The position numbers and the translations under genes were made by a program. A DNA stretch of 64,000 bases from Myxococcales bacterium (lineage in GTDB: Bacteria; Myxococcota_A; UBA9042; JABWCM01; BTVJ01): contig BTVJ01000040.1 of NCBI GenBank assembly GCA_045863395.1, forward strand, positions 1 through 64,000, written 5' to 3'. Under the pieces are notes generated by a model. That model was not told the origin of the DNA, searched no databases, and worked only from the letters and a program-made list of their open reading frames with translations. Position 1 is the first letter of the stretch. Every line of letters begins with the position of its first letter. Below are positions 37,541-47,197 of the stretch, piece by piece.

Positions 37541-40377
37541 CACAGCCCTCCGTCAGGGCACGCGTCACCGTAGGGGCACCAGTCGCAGTCGGCGGCGACG
37601 TCCGCCGGGCAGACGATGGCGCTGAAGAAGTCCTCGCACGGGAGATAGGCCCACATCCGGGCCTCATCGACCCGGCCCTTGAAGCGCCGCGTCCCAGTGA
37701 CGGACTGCCCGATGGCCACCGCGCCTGGGCTCCGATCAGCCACATACGTTCGAGCCGCATCCGCGCAGGCGCCCACCGAGTCGCCCCAGTAAGGTGAGGC
37801 GGGTGGAGCGGGCACAATCCACGGGATCACCCGAAGTCTCAGACGGCTGAGGTCCCAGTCGACCTGCGCCCAGTACCAGGTGCCAGGCGAGATGACGACG
37901 GGCGAGCTCAGCGCGCTTCCCCACGTCGACCCGTTGTGGACCGACGCCCTCACGATGGCCGTCTGCGTGGACTGGTTCATGTTCAGGTCGAGGCGAAAGA
38001 GGTCCGAGTCCACGAGGTAGACGTAGGTCGTACTCGCAATCGGGTCGAGGTTGAACAGGATGTCCAAACGGAAACCGTCGGGCGCCTCCCCTTGCAGTGT
38101 AGCGCCCATGGCTTGTACCGAAGGGTGGTCCGCCAAAACGATCCCGCTCGTGGTGCCGTTGAGCACGGCGTAGCGCCCGGTGTTCGGTGTGCCCGTGAGG
38201 TCGTACGTCACCGCCGTCGCGGTGGGTGTGTGCTGCCACCCCGAGTAGTCGAGACCGTTGCCGTTGAAAGAAGCCGAATAGACCCGGATGTTCGGGGTGA
38301 ACATATTGCCGAGCCCGTCCCGCCCCTTCGCATACATCCTCTCCCAGTCGTCGAAGTCATGGAAGATGTCTCGCTCGTCGATCCCCGGGACCAGGTCGAG
38401 ATCAGCCTGCTGCGGAGCTCCTTCGATTGCCCCGTCCCGATCCCAGTTGATGCTGCAAGTGCCTCCGCTGCAGAAGGGCGAGTACCAGTTTCGACCGTTG
38501 TAGTTCGAGAACGTCCGCGTGTCGGTCGCCAGCTTTTCGGACCACCCGGTCTCGCTCAGGCCGTTGAACCCGTCCAGGACCGGGTGGAGCCCGCGGGAGA
38601 AGCGAGCGTTCTCTTCGCTCCTGGGGATCTCGCAGACCTGCTCTGGATCGGGGGTGCACCCGGCGCTGTCCCATGCGTCGCAGAAGGCTGTCGAGCAGTC
38701 ACCCCCACCCACACAGCAGGTGTTCGTGTCAGCCGGCCAGATACTCTGGGCCGGCGACGGCGACTTGGGCGGCTGCTCGTAGGATGACCAGTCCATGAGC
38801 GAAGGGTAGTTCGGCTTGCCTCCCGTGTCCGTCCCTCCGCCGTGGCGCAGCCCCAGGTTGTGGCCCAGCTCGTGCGCCAGCACACGGCTGTTACGGCGGC
38901 TCACGAGGCGGTTTCCGGGGAGTCGTGCCTGACCGACCCCGATGTCCGGCAGCATCAGCCCGTAGCGATAGACCCCGCTCGCCTTCCTCCACCGGTCGAA
39001 CCATCTGTTGAAGAACACGTTCGCCATGGCGAGCCGCGTGTAGTACAGGCCGACCGTTGGCTCAGGCGACAGCGCCTCGCTGTGGACCGCGCGGACGTGG
39101 ATCCTCTTGCGGTACGATGGGGGCTCGTCGCAGTCCGCTGGGTTCGTCGATGTGTTCTCTGCGCACTCCAGGCCCTCTTCGGAGTAGATGTGCTGGAACA
39201 CGGCCTGCTGCCCGGCGGTCAGGAAGTGGTCTCCGGATGAGCCCGAGTAGGAGTCGAGCTCAAGCAGGACGTCGTACTCCCTTGGGTCGAGATCCCACAT
39301 CGAGGTGAGCACCTCGGAGCACGTCTTCCCGGCCGGACATCCTGGGGTCAGCCGCGTTCTGTCCTGGCACGTTCTCTTGTAGTAGGGTGGCTCCCAGGGG
39401 TCGTCGCACGCGAGATAGATCGTGAAGATCTCGTGTAGATCGGAGATTCCGTCCCCGTCCGTGTCATACGGATTCCACGGGGAGTCTCCAGACCCGGCTC
39501 CCGCGCGCCTGCCGAAGCAGCGACAAGTCCCTGCCGGACAGTCTGCGGGAAAGACACCGTTCGCGCACTCGTCGCAGTCCGGCGACGGCCCGGACGCGGT
39601 GTCGCACGTCCCCAAGATCTCCTCGATCTCACTCGTCAGGCCGTCGCCGTCCAGGTCGTCCAGCTCCGGCACGTCTGGCCATCCCACTGTGGCGAGCTTG
39701 GCGTGGATCATGCGAGTGCCGCCAATCGACGACTGCGTGCCAACCAGGAGTCGGCCGTTGATCATGTCCTGGCTCACGTCGATGCGCTTGAAGAAGCCGA
39801 GCTGCGGCATGTCCACGCTGCCACAACTCGATTCGCAGTCGAGAACAGGGCTGGAGAACAAGTACGCGGTGTTGGCGGGCTTCTGGCTTCCGACGGGCGT
39901 CACGTAGACGGCATCGCCTGGATGGGCCTCGAACGGAGCGACCATGTACCCACCGAATGGCTGGTCCTGCTGAAGTTGCGACGGCAGGATCTCGACGAGG
40001 TCCTCTTGGACGCTCACATCGGCCGTACCGGCGCGGCACCAGGTGTAGCCGGCGATGATGACCCGCGCAGGGAAGCTGGTTGTCGGAGTGAAGGTGACCC
40101 GCGAGGCCAGCCCCATCCAGTCGTCGTTGACGCCGACGACGTTCCCGGTGTCCTTTCGGATGACCCAGACCACGGTGTCTGCTGCGCAGAGACCGGGGAC
40201 CCCTTGAAGGTCGGACGTGGTCACGTCGTATCGCTTGCCGGCTTCCACGTCGAAATCATACTCGAACACGGGCCGCGTCGTCATGTCCGTGCAGTACGAC
40301 GGGAGGGGACACGTCGGGGCTGCGATTACTGAGTGCGACAGGGCGAGCGAGAGCAGCGGGCCGACGAGGCGTTTCAT
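37540..40377 (-). CDS. Secreted multidomain metzincin metalloprotease (PPC-like, Ca-binding DxDGDG repeats, HExxHxxGxxH, LamG-like C-terminus)
   Basis: Signal peptide; DTVVWV...NDD PPC-like; DLDGDGL and DTDGDGI; HELGHNLGLRHGG plus PNYPSLM; FKGRVDEARMW LamG-like. Confidence 0.8.
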   Translation of the reverse strand: MKRLVGPLLSLALSHSVIAAPTCPLPSYCTDMTTRPVFEYDFDVEAGKRYDVTTSDLQGVPGLCAADTVVWVIRKDTGNVVGVNDDWMGLASRVTFTPTTSFPARVIIAGYTWCRAGTADVSVQEDLVEILPSQLQQDQPFGGYMVAPFEAHPGDAVYVTPVGSQKPANTAYLFSSPVLDCESSCGSVDMPQLGFFKRIDVSQDMINGRLLVGTQSSIGGTRMIHAKLATVGWPDVPELDDLDGDGLTSEIEEILGTCDTASGPSPDCDECANGVFPADCPAGTCRCFGRRAGAGSGDSPWNPYDTDGDGISDLHEIFTIYLACDDPWEPPYYKRTCQDRTRLTPGCPAGKTCSEVLTSMWDLDPREYDVLLELDSYSGSSGDHFLTAGQQAVFQHIYSEEGLECAENTSTNPADCDEPPSYRKRIHVRAVHSEALSPEPTVGLYYTRLAMANVFFNRWFDRWRKASGVYRYGLMLPDIGVGQARLPGNRLVSRRNSRVLAHELGHNLGLRHGGGTDTGGKPNYPSLMDWSSYEQPPKSPSPAQSIWPADTNTCCVGGGDCSTAFCDAWDSAGCTPDPEQVCEIPRSEENARFSRGLHPVLDGFNGLSETGWSEKLATDTRTFSNYNGRNWYSPFCSGGTCSINWDRDGAIEGAPQQADLDLVPGIDERDIFHDFDDWERMYAKGRDGLGNMFTPNIRVYSASFNGNGLDYSGWQHTPTATAVTYDLTGTPNTGRYAVLNGTTSGIVLADHPSVQAMGATLQGEAPDGFRLDILFNLDPIASTTYVYLVDSDLFRLDLNMNQSTQTAIVRASVHNGSTWGSALSSPVVISPGTWYWAQVDWDLSRLRLRVIPWIVPAPPASPYWGDSVGACADAARTYVADRSPGAVAIGQSVTGTRRFKGRVDEARMWAYLPCEDFFSAIVCPADVAADCDWCPYGDACPDGGL

Positions 40378-40871
40378 GGCTTGCCTCCGAGCAGCGAGTG
40401 CTTCAGAGCGGCCTTCTCCTCGGGCGTGAGCTTCTGGTCCGAGGTCGCGGCCTCGTACTCGGCGTCTGCGGCGAGGGCGTCGGAGAGCGCTTGTTCGTCC
40501 GCCAAGGTTGGCGCAGGGAGCAAGTCACTCTTGGGGTTGATCTTGTCGAAGGCGGACCACTGTTCGGGTGGCAGGTTCCGCCAGCACTCGACACCGTGCT
40601 CCGCCAGCAGGGTCGAGAGAGCGGCTCCTGCGAGGTCGGGGGCGACCGTCGTCGGCTCGGTGACGGGCGGAGGGTCCTCGGCGGTCGGGGATGGGTTCGC
40701 TCCCTGGCCTGGCTCGGGCGTTTCGGGTATCTGCGCCTCGCCTGCGTCCCCGCTCACGAGCCGCGCCTCACGCGTCGCGGCTACGCCGCCGACCCCGGAC
40801 GACGGGAGCGGGGGGGGGGGGGGCGAGCAGGACGCGACCAGGGCGGCAAGGCTCAACGCGCGAGCGTACAT
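40374..40871 (-). CDS. Lipoprotein with a poly-C tract right after the lipobox
   Basis: MYARALSLAALVASC lipobox; RBS GAGGAGGG; ATGA overlap with the protease. Confidence 0.7.
   Translation of the reverse strand: MYARALSLAALVASCSPPPPPLPSSGVGGVAATREARLVSGDAGEAQIPETPEPGQGANPSPTAEDPPPVTEPTTVAPDLAGAALSTLLAEHGVECWRNLPPEQWSAFDKINPKSDLLPAPTLADEQALSDALAADAEYEAATSDQKLTPEEKAALKHSLLGGKP
40810..40823. repeat. G14 homopolymer (C14 on the coding strand)
   Basis: Read directly; the longest homopolymer seen in the window. Confidence 0.9.
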
Positions 40872-41107
40872 GGGTCCCTCCTCAGTGGACGGTGCCTTCG
40901 TGGCATCGCACCGTACTATGCGCCTCGAGAGAGCCCTAAGGCAAGAGGTAGGTATTGCTATTGAGCCATGTGGCCGCGTCCGATGCCCGGCAAGGTCGTC
41001 ATTACTGGAGTCACGCGATCACGTTTGCCTTCCCCGTTGCCTGGCTGCTCGCGGTTTGTCGCACAGCAGAGGCGCGCCCAGGACCGCGAAAGCCGACCGC
41101 AGATCGG

Positions 41108-41956
41108 CTATCGGCGGAGCTCGCCCTTGACGATGTGTGGGACACCAGCCCCGGCCTCTCGCCCCCCGCGCAGCTCCTCATCCGTGAGCAGGGGCAAGGC
41201 CCAAGGCCGCCCCGACTCGTGGCGCCCGACGGCCACGCTCGCTCCGTAGGCGCGCTCGAGCACCTCCTGGCGCATCACGTCCTCGACGGTCCCCTCCGCG
41301 TCGATGCGCCCCGCCCTCATGACCACGAGGCGGTCGCAGGCCTGGGCGGCCAGGTTGGGGTCGTGGGAGACGACCAGGGCGGAGCCTCCCGCCCGGCAGT
41401 GCCGCACGAGCAGGGCGAAGACCGCGACCCGGTGGTGGAGGTCCAGGCTGGAGGTCGGCTCATCCAGGAGCAGGACGGGCGTGGCCTGGGCTACGGCGCG
41501 GGCGATCAGCGCGCGTTGTCGCTCGCCGCCGCTGCAGCTCGTGGCAGGGCGGTCGTGCAGGGCGCCGAGATCGAGGGCCTCCATCGCCGCGTCCGCCACC
41601 TTGTGGTCCTCGGCGGACTCGAAGGCGAAGCGCCCCAGGTGGGGGGTCCGGCCCATGCGGACCAGCTCGGCCACGGTGAAGGGGAAGGCGAGGTCCGTCG
41701 ATTGGGGGACGACAGCCATCGCCTTGGCGCGCTCCCGGTGAGGCCAGGTTGCAAGAGGGCGCCCGCCGAGCAGGACCGCGCCCTCCCGTGGACGCAAGGC
41801 GCCCGACAGCAGGCGCAGCAGAGTGGACTTGCCGCAGCCGTTGGGCCCGAGCAGGCCGAGCAGGGTGCCCGGGCGCAGGTCCAAGGAGAGGCCCCGCACC
41901 GCCGGCGTCCCCCCGTAGGAGAAGACCAGGTCCTGGGCTTCCAGGAGCGGGGTCAT
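41108..41956 (-). CDS. btuD: Cobalamin/Fe-siderophore ABC transporter ATPase
   Basis: GPNGCGKST, CSGGERQR, LLDEPT, SHD; last gene of the riboswitch-led operon. Confidence 0.88.
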   Translation of the reverse strand: MTPLLEAQDLVFSYGGTPAVRGLSLDLRPGTLLGLLGPNGCGKSTLLRLLSGALRPREGAVLLGGRPLATWPHRERAKAMAVVPQSTDLAFPFTVAELVRMGRTPHLGRFAFESAEDHKVADAAMEALDLGALHDRPATSCSGGERQRALIARAVAQATPVLLLDEPTSSLDLHHRVAVFALLVRHCRAGGSALVVSHDPNLAAQACDRLVVMRAGRIDAEGTVEDVMRQEVLERAYGASVAVGRHESGRPWALPLLTDEELRGGREAGAGVPHIVKGELRR

Positions 41957-42987
41957 GGGTCCTTCGGGGCTGCGCGCGTGCGCACGAGGAGCCACACGAA
42001 GACCGGCCCGCCGATGAACGCCGTCAGCACGCCGACGGGGGCCTCGGTGGTAAGCACGGGGAAGAGCAGCCGCGCCAGCAGGTCGCACAGCACGAGCAGG
42101 GCGGCTCCGGCCAGCGCGCTCGCGGGGACCAGGAGGCGGTGGTCCGGTCCGAGGACCAGGCGCAGCGCGTGGGGTACGACCAGGCCGACGAAGCCGATGA
42201 GGCCGCTGACGCTGACCGCGGCGCCGACCATGAGCGACGTGGCGACGAAGATGCGGCGGCGCACCCGGTCCAGATCCACACCCAGGTGGGCGGCGCCCTC
42301 GTCGCCGAGGCTGATCACGTTGAGCGCGCCGCTGGAGGCGGCGATGACGGCGATGCCGCCGGCGACCAGGGTGCCTGACAGGGCGATGTCTCGCAGCGAC
42401 AGCCCCTCCAGGGACAGCGACCCCATGAGCCAGAGCAGCATCTCCTGGGCCTTCTGGGCGGCGACGACGGTCTTGAGGAACATGATGACCGCTGACGCGA
42501 AGAAGTTGAACACGACCCCGATGAGCAGCAGGTGCACCGGGAGCAGGCGCCCGCGGAAGGACGCGAGGCCGTAGACCAGGGCGAGCGCGCCGGCGGCACC
42601 GGCAAAGGCGAGGAGCGGCGTCCCGGGCAGCACGAGCCCCGCGACGGGGATGGCGCCGAGGCCCAGAACCAGGGACGCCGTGGCGCCCAGGGCCGCGCCG
42701 CCGCTCGTGCCGAGGACGAACGGGTCGGCGAGCGGGTTGCGCACCAGCGCCTGGAAGGCGACGCCGACGACGGCCAGGGCCGCCCCGACGATGACGGCGA
42801 GAGCGGTCCGCGGGAGGCGGTCGTGGAGCAGGATGATGCGGTCGATGGTCGGCTCCGAGCTCAGGGCATGGCCCAGATCAATCGAGGTGCTCCCGAAGGA
42901 GGCCGAAGCGGCGGCGGCGGCCACGAGGAGGACCGCCAAGGCGGCGCACACCCGCAGCACGCGCGCCGGGGTCACGGGGCGCCTCAT
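41953..42987 (-). CDS. btuC: Cobalamin ABC transporter permease (FecCD family)
   Basis: RLPR, RNPLADPFVLGTSGGA, LGDEGAAHLGVD, GLIGFVGLVVPH, PVGVLTAFIGGP. Confidence 0.9.
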   Translation of the reverse strand: MRRPVTPARVLRVCAALAVLLVAAAAASASFGSTSIDLGHALSSEPTIDRIILLHDRLPRTALAVIVGAALAVVGVAFQALVRNPLADPFVLGTSGGAALGATASLVLGLGAIPVAGLVLPGTPLLAFAGAAGALALVYGLASFRGRLLPVHLLLIGVVFNFFASAVIMFLKTVVAAQKAQEMLLWLMGSLSLEGLSLRDIALSGTLVAGGIAVIAASSGALNVISLGDEGAAHLGVDLDRVRRRIFVATSLMVGAAVSVSGLIGFVGLVVPHALRLVLGPDHRLLVPASALAGAALLVLCDLLARLLFPVLTTEAPVGVLTAFIGGPVFVWLLVRTRAAPKDP

Positions 42988-43847
42988 GGGAGGCCCGCGC
43001 GCTCTGGGTGGATCGCCCGGGCCAGCGCCTCCAGGGCGTCGGCGATGCGCGGCCCCGGGCGCAGCGGGCTCGAGTCCTCGATGCGCACGACGCGCCCGTC
43101 GCGCACGGCCGGCACCACGGCCCAGTCCGTCCAGGTCACGTCGTTGGCCTCGGACCCCATGGTGCAGTCGATGATCACCTCGGGGGCCGCGCGCAGCACC
43201 TCCTCCATGGACCAGGTGGGCCACGCGACCTTGGAGCCGCCCGCCACATTGACGCCCCCGGCCATGCGGATCAGGGAGTCTGGGAAGGAGCCCGCGCCGG
43301 CCACGACCAGCGGGCGGCGCCCGTAGACGGCCAGAACACGGGTCAGCGGGGCGCCCGCCACCGCGGAGGTCACCGCCGCGAGGCGCGCGTCCATGGTCCG
43401 CACGAGGGCGACGGCCGCCTCCTGGCGACCCACGCGCTCGCCCAGGGCGAGCGTCGCCGCGCGGATCTCCGCGAGGGACTGCATCTCCAGCGCGATCACG
43501 GCCACCCCTGCGCCGCGCAGGCGCTCGTGGAAGGCGCGGATGCCCGGGTCCGCGATGCCGGCGACCAGATCCGGGCGTAGACCGAGCACGGCCTCGAAGC
43601 TCGGGTCCACGAAGCCGCCGATGCGCGGCAGGCGTGAGGCCTCCGCCGGGTAGTCGCAGTAGCGGGTGACTCCGACGACCCGCTCCCCCACGCCGAGGGC
43701 GAACAGCAGCTCCGTGACGCTCGGGGCCAGCGAGACGATGCGGTCCGTGGTCTTCGCCTCCGGCAGCCGGGGCCGCTCGGTGCACCCACCCGCGAGCCCC
43801 AGGAAGGCCAGGAGCGGCAGGGCCAGCGCTCGCCGTGCCCACATCAT
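42984..43847 (-). CDS. btuF: Cobalamin-binding periplasmic lipoprotein
   Basis: Lipobox LAGGC; RIVSLAPSVTELLFALG, GVTRYCDYP, RPGPR. Confidence 0.9.
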   Translation of the reverse strand: MMWARRALALPLLAFLGLAGGCTERPRLPEAKTTDRIVSLAPSVTELLFALGVGERVVGVTRYCDYPAEASRLPRIGGFVDPSFEAVLGLRPDLVAGIADPGIRAFHERLRGAGVAVIALEMQSLAEIRAATLALGERVGRQEAAVALVRTMDARLAAVTSAVAGAPLTRVLAVYGRRPLVVAGAGSFPDSLIRMAGGVNVAGGSKVAWPTWSMEEVLRAAPEVIIDCTMGSEANDVTWTDWAVVPAVRDGRVVRIEDSSPLRPGPRIADALEALARAIHPERAGLP

Positions 43848-44965
43848 TGGATCTCTCCGAGCAGCGCGCCGGTCTTCAGGTCGACGACCGCGACCCGGTT
43901 CGCGCGGAAGAGGCTCACGAAGCCGAGCTCTCCGGCGACCGCCATGTCCCAGGGGTTGGATCCCACCGGGAGCACGGCGAAGGGCCGGTCCACGGCCCCC
44001 AGGTCCGACAGCGGCGAGCGCTGGATGTTGTTCTCTCCGCTGTTGACCACGTAGGCGTGGTCCCCGGCGACCCGGACCCGGTTGGCCGCGACCCCGGTGG
44101 CGGCGGCTCGCGGGTCGGGAGCCCCCGCATCCAGCTCCCAGGCCCCGAGGGCGTTGGCGATGGTCGAGACCCACAGCACGTCCGGGCTCGTGCCCGGGCT
44201 CACGTGCAGGTCGATCACGCCCTCCAGGTCACCCCCGGCGACCAGCGTCACCGGGGCACCCACGGTGTCCGTGGCCGGGTCCAGCCGGTACAGCTCCCCC
44301 GAGACGAAGCAGGCCGCTAGCACCACGCCCGACGGGTGCCAGGCCAGGGTGAGCGTCTCGTTGCGCTCGTGGGAGCGGACGATGATCGGGTCGTCCATGC
44401 CACGCGCCACGCTCCCATCCTCCAGGTCCACCTTGGCGATCACGGCCGCCAGGCCGCTCGCCACATACGCGGTGCGCCCGTCGGGGAGGACGGCGATGCT
44501 GCCGGGGCCCCCGCGGCGGGGGTCGCCCGGGTCCGCGGGCAGGGGGATGTGGACGTCGGGGGCGGTCGCGGTGCGCAGCGTCGCGCGGTGAAACACGTCG
44601 ATGCCCCCGCTGCCGGTGGCCGTGTGCACGCCGGCCTCCGCGTCCCACGCGGTGAGGCCGGACGACACTGCGACGAGCAGCTCCGGGGTGACCGCGAGGA
44701 ACTGGGGGTTCGGGAGCGTCGTGGGGATACGGTTGACTACGCTCCGGCTCGCGGCCTCGATGACGGTCACGCTGCCGTCACCGAAGGACGTGCCCCGAAA
44801 GTCCACGTTGGCCACTGCGACCAGGTCATCGACCGCGACGAGGCCCTCCGGCGACGAAAAATTTCCCGTTGAGGGCGTCGTGGGCGGATCGGCCGCGTCG
44901 CAGGCGAGGAGCCCCGCAACCGTCCCAGCGGCGACCCACCACGGCGCTGTGCCCACCGCGCTCAC
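43844..44965 (-). CDS. Beta-propeller (YncE/BtuG-like) lipoprotein
   Basis: Lipobox GLLAC; blade repeats (GSVTVI...PNPQFL, AYVVNSGENNI, VGSNPWDM, VAVVDL); sits between btuB and btuF. Confidence 0.7.
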   Translation of the reverse strand: MSAVGTAPWWVAAGTVAGLLACDAADPPTTPSTGNFSSPEGLVAVDDLVAVANVDFRGTSFGDGSVTVIEAASRSVVNRIPTTLPNPQFLAVTPELLVAVSSGLTAWDAEAGVHTATGSGGIDVFHRATLRTATAPDVHIPLPADPGDPRRGGPGSIAVLPDGRTAYVASGLAAVIAKVDLEDGSVARGMDDPIIVRSHERNETLTLAWHPSGVVLAACFVSGELYRLDPATDTVGAPVTLVAGGDLEGVIDLHVSPGTSPDVLWVSTIANALGAWELDAGAPDPRAAATGVAANRVRVAGDHAYVVNSGENNIQRSPLSDLGAVDRPFAVLPVGSNPWDMAVAGELGFVSLFRANRVAVVDLKTGALLGEIQ

Positions 44966-46842
44966 AGCTCCACCCGCACCGAGCCGAGCACCGCGAGGCC
45001 CGGCAGCGGCTGCTGCAGCCCATCGACGGCGCCGCGCACGTCCAGCAGGTTGGTCCCCTCCAGGTCCAGGGTCAGCCAGTCGGTCACCTCCGTGTCCAGG
45101 CCCGCGCCGAGCATGACGCGCCCCTCCTCGACCAGGGAGCCGAAGCGGTCGAGCGGCATCTCCGACTGCCAAGTCGTGCCCACCCAGCCCCCAAGGCGCC
45201 ACACCCGGCCGCCCACGCGCCCGCCCACCTGGTGCGCGCTGCGACCGGGCAGCCGGGCCCCGGTGTCCTCGAAGCGCGCGTCGGTGAAGGTGTACGTGGC
45301 GCTCACCTCCAGACCCTCCACGGGGCGCACCTCCACCCGCGCCTCCAGCCCCTGCGACACGGCTCCCTTGCCGTCATCCGCCTCGATGAGGAAGGCTGTC
45401 TTCGGAAGAAACAGGATGAGGTTCGCGACCCGAAGGTGAAACCACGAGGCATCCGCCCGAAACCACCCCAAATCGACCCCGATACCCGCATCGACGCTCA
45501 GGGCGTCCTCGGGGCGCAGGCCCGGGTTGCCCCGCACCTGGCCCCCGTCGTAGTAGAGCTCCTCGAAGGTCGGCAGCCGGTACGCTCGCCCGACGTTGGC
45601 CCGCACCACGAAGGGCTCCACGGGCCGCACCTCGACGCCCAGCTTGGGCACGAGGACCGGGTCGAAGCCCGTTGCGACGTCCATCCGCAGGGCGGGCGTG
45701 AAGCGCACGATCCCGTCTGCCAGCGACACCTCGTCGGCCAGCAGCAAGCCGAGCACCCCCCGCGTCGGCGACTGGGCCGCGGCCCCGGACCTCTGGACGT
45801 CGCCCCACTCGCCCCGGCCCTCGACGCGGCCGGTCAGGATCTGGTGGTCACCCCAGTAGTACGTGACCTCCGCATGCGCCCCGGCGCCATGCACGACATG
45901 CCGGTTCTCAACGGCGGGGGGGAGCCACGGGTCGGGATCCTCGAAGCGCATCAGGCTGAAGCGGTGCCAGGCGCCCGCCGCCACGTCGAGCCCCGGAGCG
46001 CCCGCATCCCGCGCCACCACTCCGACGCGCGCCACGTTGAGGGCGTCGGTGACCTGGGCGGCCGGCGTAGGGAACTGGTCGACCCCCGGCACACCCCGCG
46101 ACGCCCCCTGCGCGTGGTCCGACACCGCGACCTCCACGTCACCGCCGCGCCACACCACGCGAGCCGAGCCCCCAGCCACGTCCGAGCGGCTGTTGGCGCG
46201 GGTGCGGGAGGCGCCGTTGCCGTCCTCGAAGCCGAAGGACCCCTCGCTGTGCAGGTAGCTCGCCGCCAGCGAGACCCCGACGTCCCCGTATTGCCCGGCG
46301 TGCGCGGCCGACGCCAGCGCCGTGCCGAAGGAGCCGCCCCCCGCGCGCAGGCGCGTCACCGGCTCCGGCGGCGGCTCCCCGGGCACGAGCCGCAGCGCCC
46401 CCCCGACGGCATCGGCGCCGAGCAGCGCCGATCCTCCCCGGTACACCTCCACGCGGTCGAGCCCCGCGAGGGGAAGAAGCGCGAGGTCCACGCCCCCGCC
46501 CATGGCTGACCCCAGGGGTACGTCGTCGAGCAGGACCAGGAGCTGCTGCCCGTCCGCTCCCCGCACGGACAGGGTCTGGCGCTGCCCGGGTCCCCCCGCG
46601 GAGCGGAGCTGTGCCCCGGCGACCCCGGACACGAGATCGCCGACCGACCATTGGGCGCCCGCCTCGCTGGGGACGAGCACCTCGCCAGCCGTCATCGGGT
46701 CCCGAGCAGGGCGCTCCGAGGTGCCCTCCACCACGATGGGCGCGGTCTCGATGGGCTCTGCGTCCTCTGCGCGGGCCACGCCAAAGGACGTGGCACCCGC
46801 CGCGAGCAGGCGCGCGAAGATCTTGGATGGGCGATGGCCCAC
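44962..46842 (-). CDS. btuB: TonB-dependent cobalamin receptor
   Basis: TonB-box-like PIVVEG, plug SVRG...LDRVEVYRG...GADAVGG, YRLPTFEELY, GNPGLRPE, TNLLD; downstream of a cobalamin riboswitch. Confidence 0.88.
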   Translation of the reverse strand: MGHRPSKIFARLLAAGATSFGVARAEDAEPIETAPIVVEGTSERPARDPMTAGEVLVPSEAGAQWSVGDLVSGVAGAQLRSAGGPGQRQTLSVRGADGQQLLVLLDDVPLGSAMGGGVDLALLPLAGLDRVEVYRGGSALLGADAVGGALRLVPGEPPPEPVTRLRAGGGSFGTALASAAHAGQYGDVGVSLAASYLHSEGSFGFEDGNGASRTRANSRSDVAGGSARVVWRGGDVEVAVSDHAQGASRGVPGVDQFPTPAAQVTDALNVARVGVVARDAGAPGLDVAAGAWHRFSLMRFEDPDPWLPPAVENRHVVHGAGAHAEVTYYWGDHQILTGRVEGRGEWGDVQRSGAAAQSPTRGVLGLLLADEVSLADGIVRFTPALRMDVATGFDPVLVPKLGVEVRPVEPFVVRANVGRAYRLPTFEELYYDGGQVRGNPGLRPEDALSVDAGIGVDLGWFRADASWFHLRVANLILFLPKTAFLIEADDGKGAVSQGLEARVEVRPVEGLEVSATYTFTDARFEDTGARLPGRSAHQVGGRVGGRVWRLGGWVGTTWQSEMPLDRFGSLVEEGRVMLGAGLDTEVTDWLTLDLEGTNLLDVRGAVDGLQQPLPGLAVLGSVRVEL

Positions 46843-46846
46843 GGCG

Positions 46847-46867
46847 GCCTCTCTCGTGCGAAGAGGC
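46847..46867 (-). promoter_or_regulatory. SD-sequestering hairpin (riboswitch expression platform)
   Basis: GCCTCT...AGAGGC stem covers the GAGAGG SD just upstream of the btuB GTG. Confidence 0.55.
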
Positions 46868-46899
46868 GGGGCCCGCGATGTGCGCGCGCCCCGTGACGT

Positions 46900-47095
46900 C
46901 GTGGCAGGTCTCCTGGCTCGCAGCTTCGGGCCGGAGTAGGCCCACGCACGACGCCGCCTTCCCGGCGCGGACGCCAGTGGCTGACCTGGAGATCCAGGCG
47001 TCGCGCTTGCTGCTCACAGTGGCGGGACCGCGCAGGCATCGCACCTGCTTCCCTTCACCACGACGCGCGTTCTGGCGGGATGCTATCCGACGGGC
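46900..47095 (-). ncRNA. Cobalamin riboswitch
   Basis: Minus strand: AAGGGAA..GGTG..GCGGTCCCGCCACTGT..GCCACTGG..GGGAAGGC..GAGCCAGGAGACCTGCC (B12 box); ends approximate. Confidence 0.93.
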
Positions 47096-47197
47096 AGCAG
47101 CGCGTCCAGGGCCGAGCTCCCAGGACGACGACAACGGGCGGAGCGAAGGCCCCAGGCCGAGGCGCCGGAGAGGCGCATCGGACCCAGGTCTCGGGGG

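Noticed and set aside
35719..41107. Integrase- or IS-mediated mobile element
   Set aside because: No integrase, transposase, terminal inverted repeats or tRNA att site was seen; treated as an accessory island of unknown mechanism
36781..42310. The btuC repeat pair as a diversity-generating retroelement TR/VR
   Set aside because: Differences are not adenine-specific on either strand, they are synonymous, and no reverse transcriptase is present
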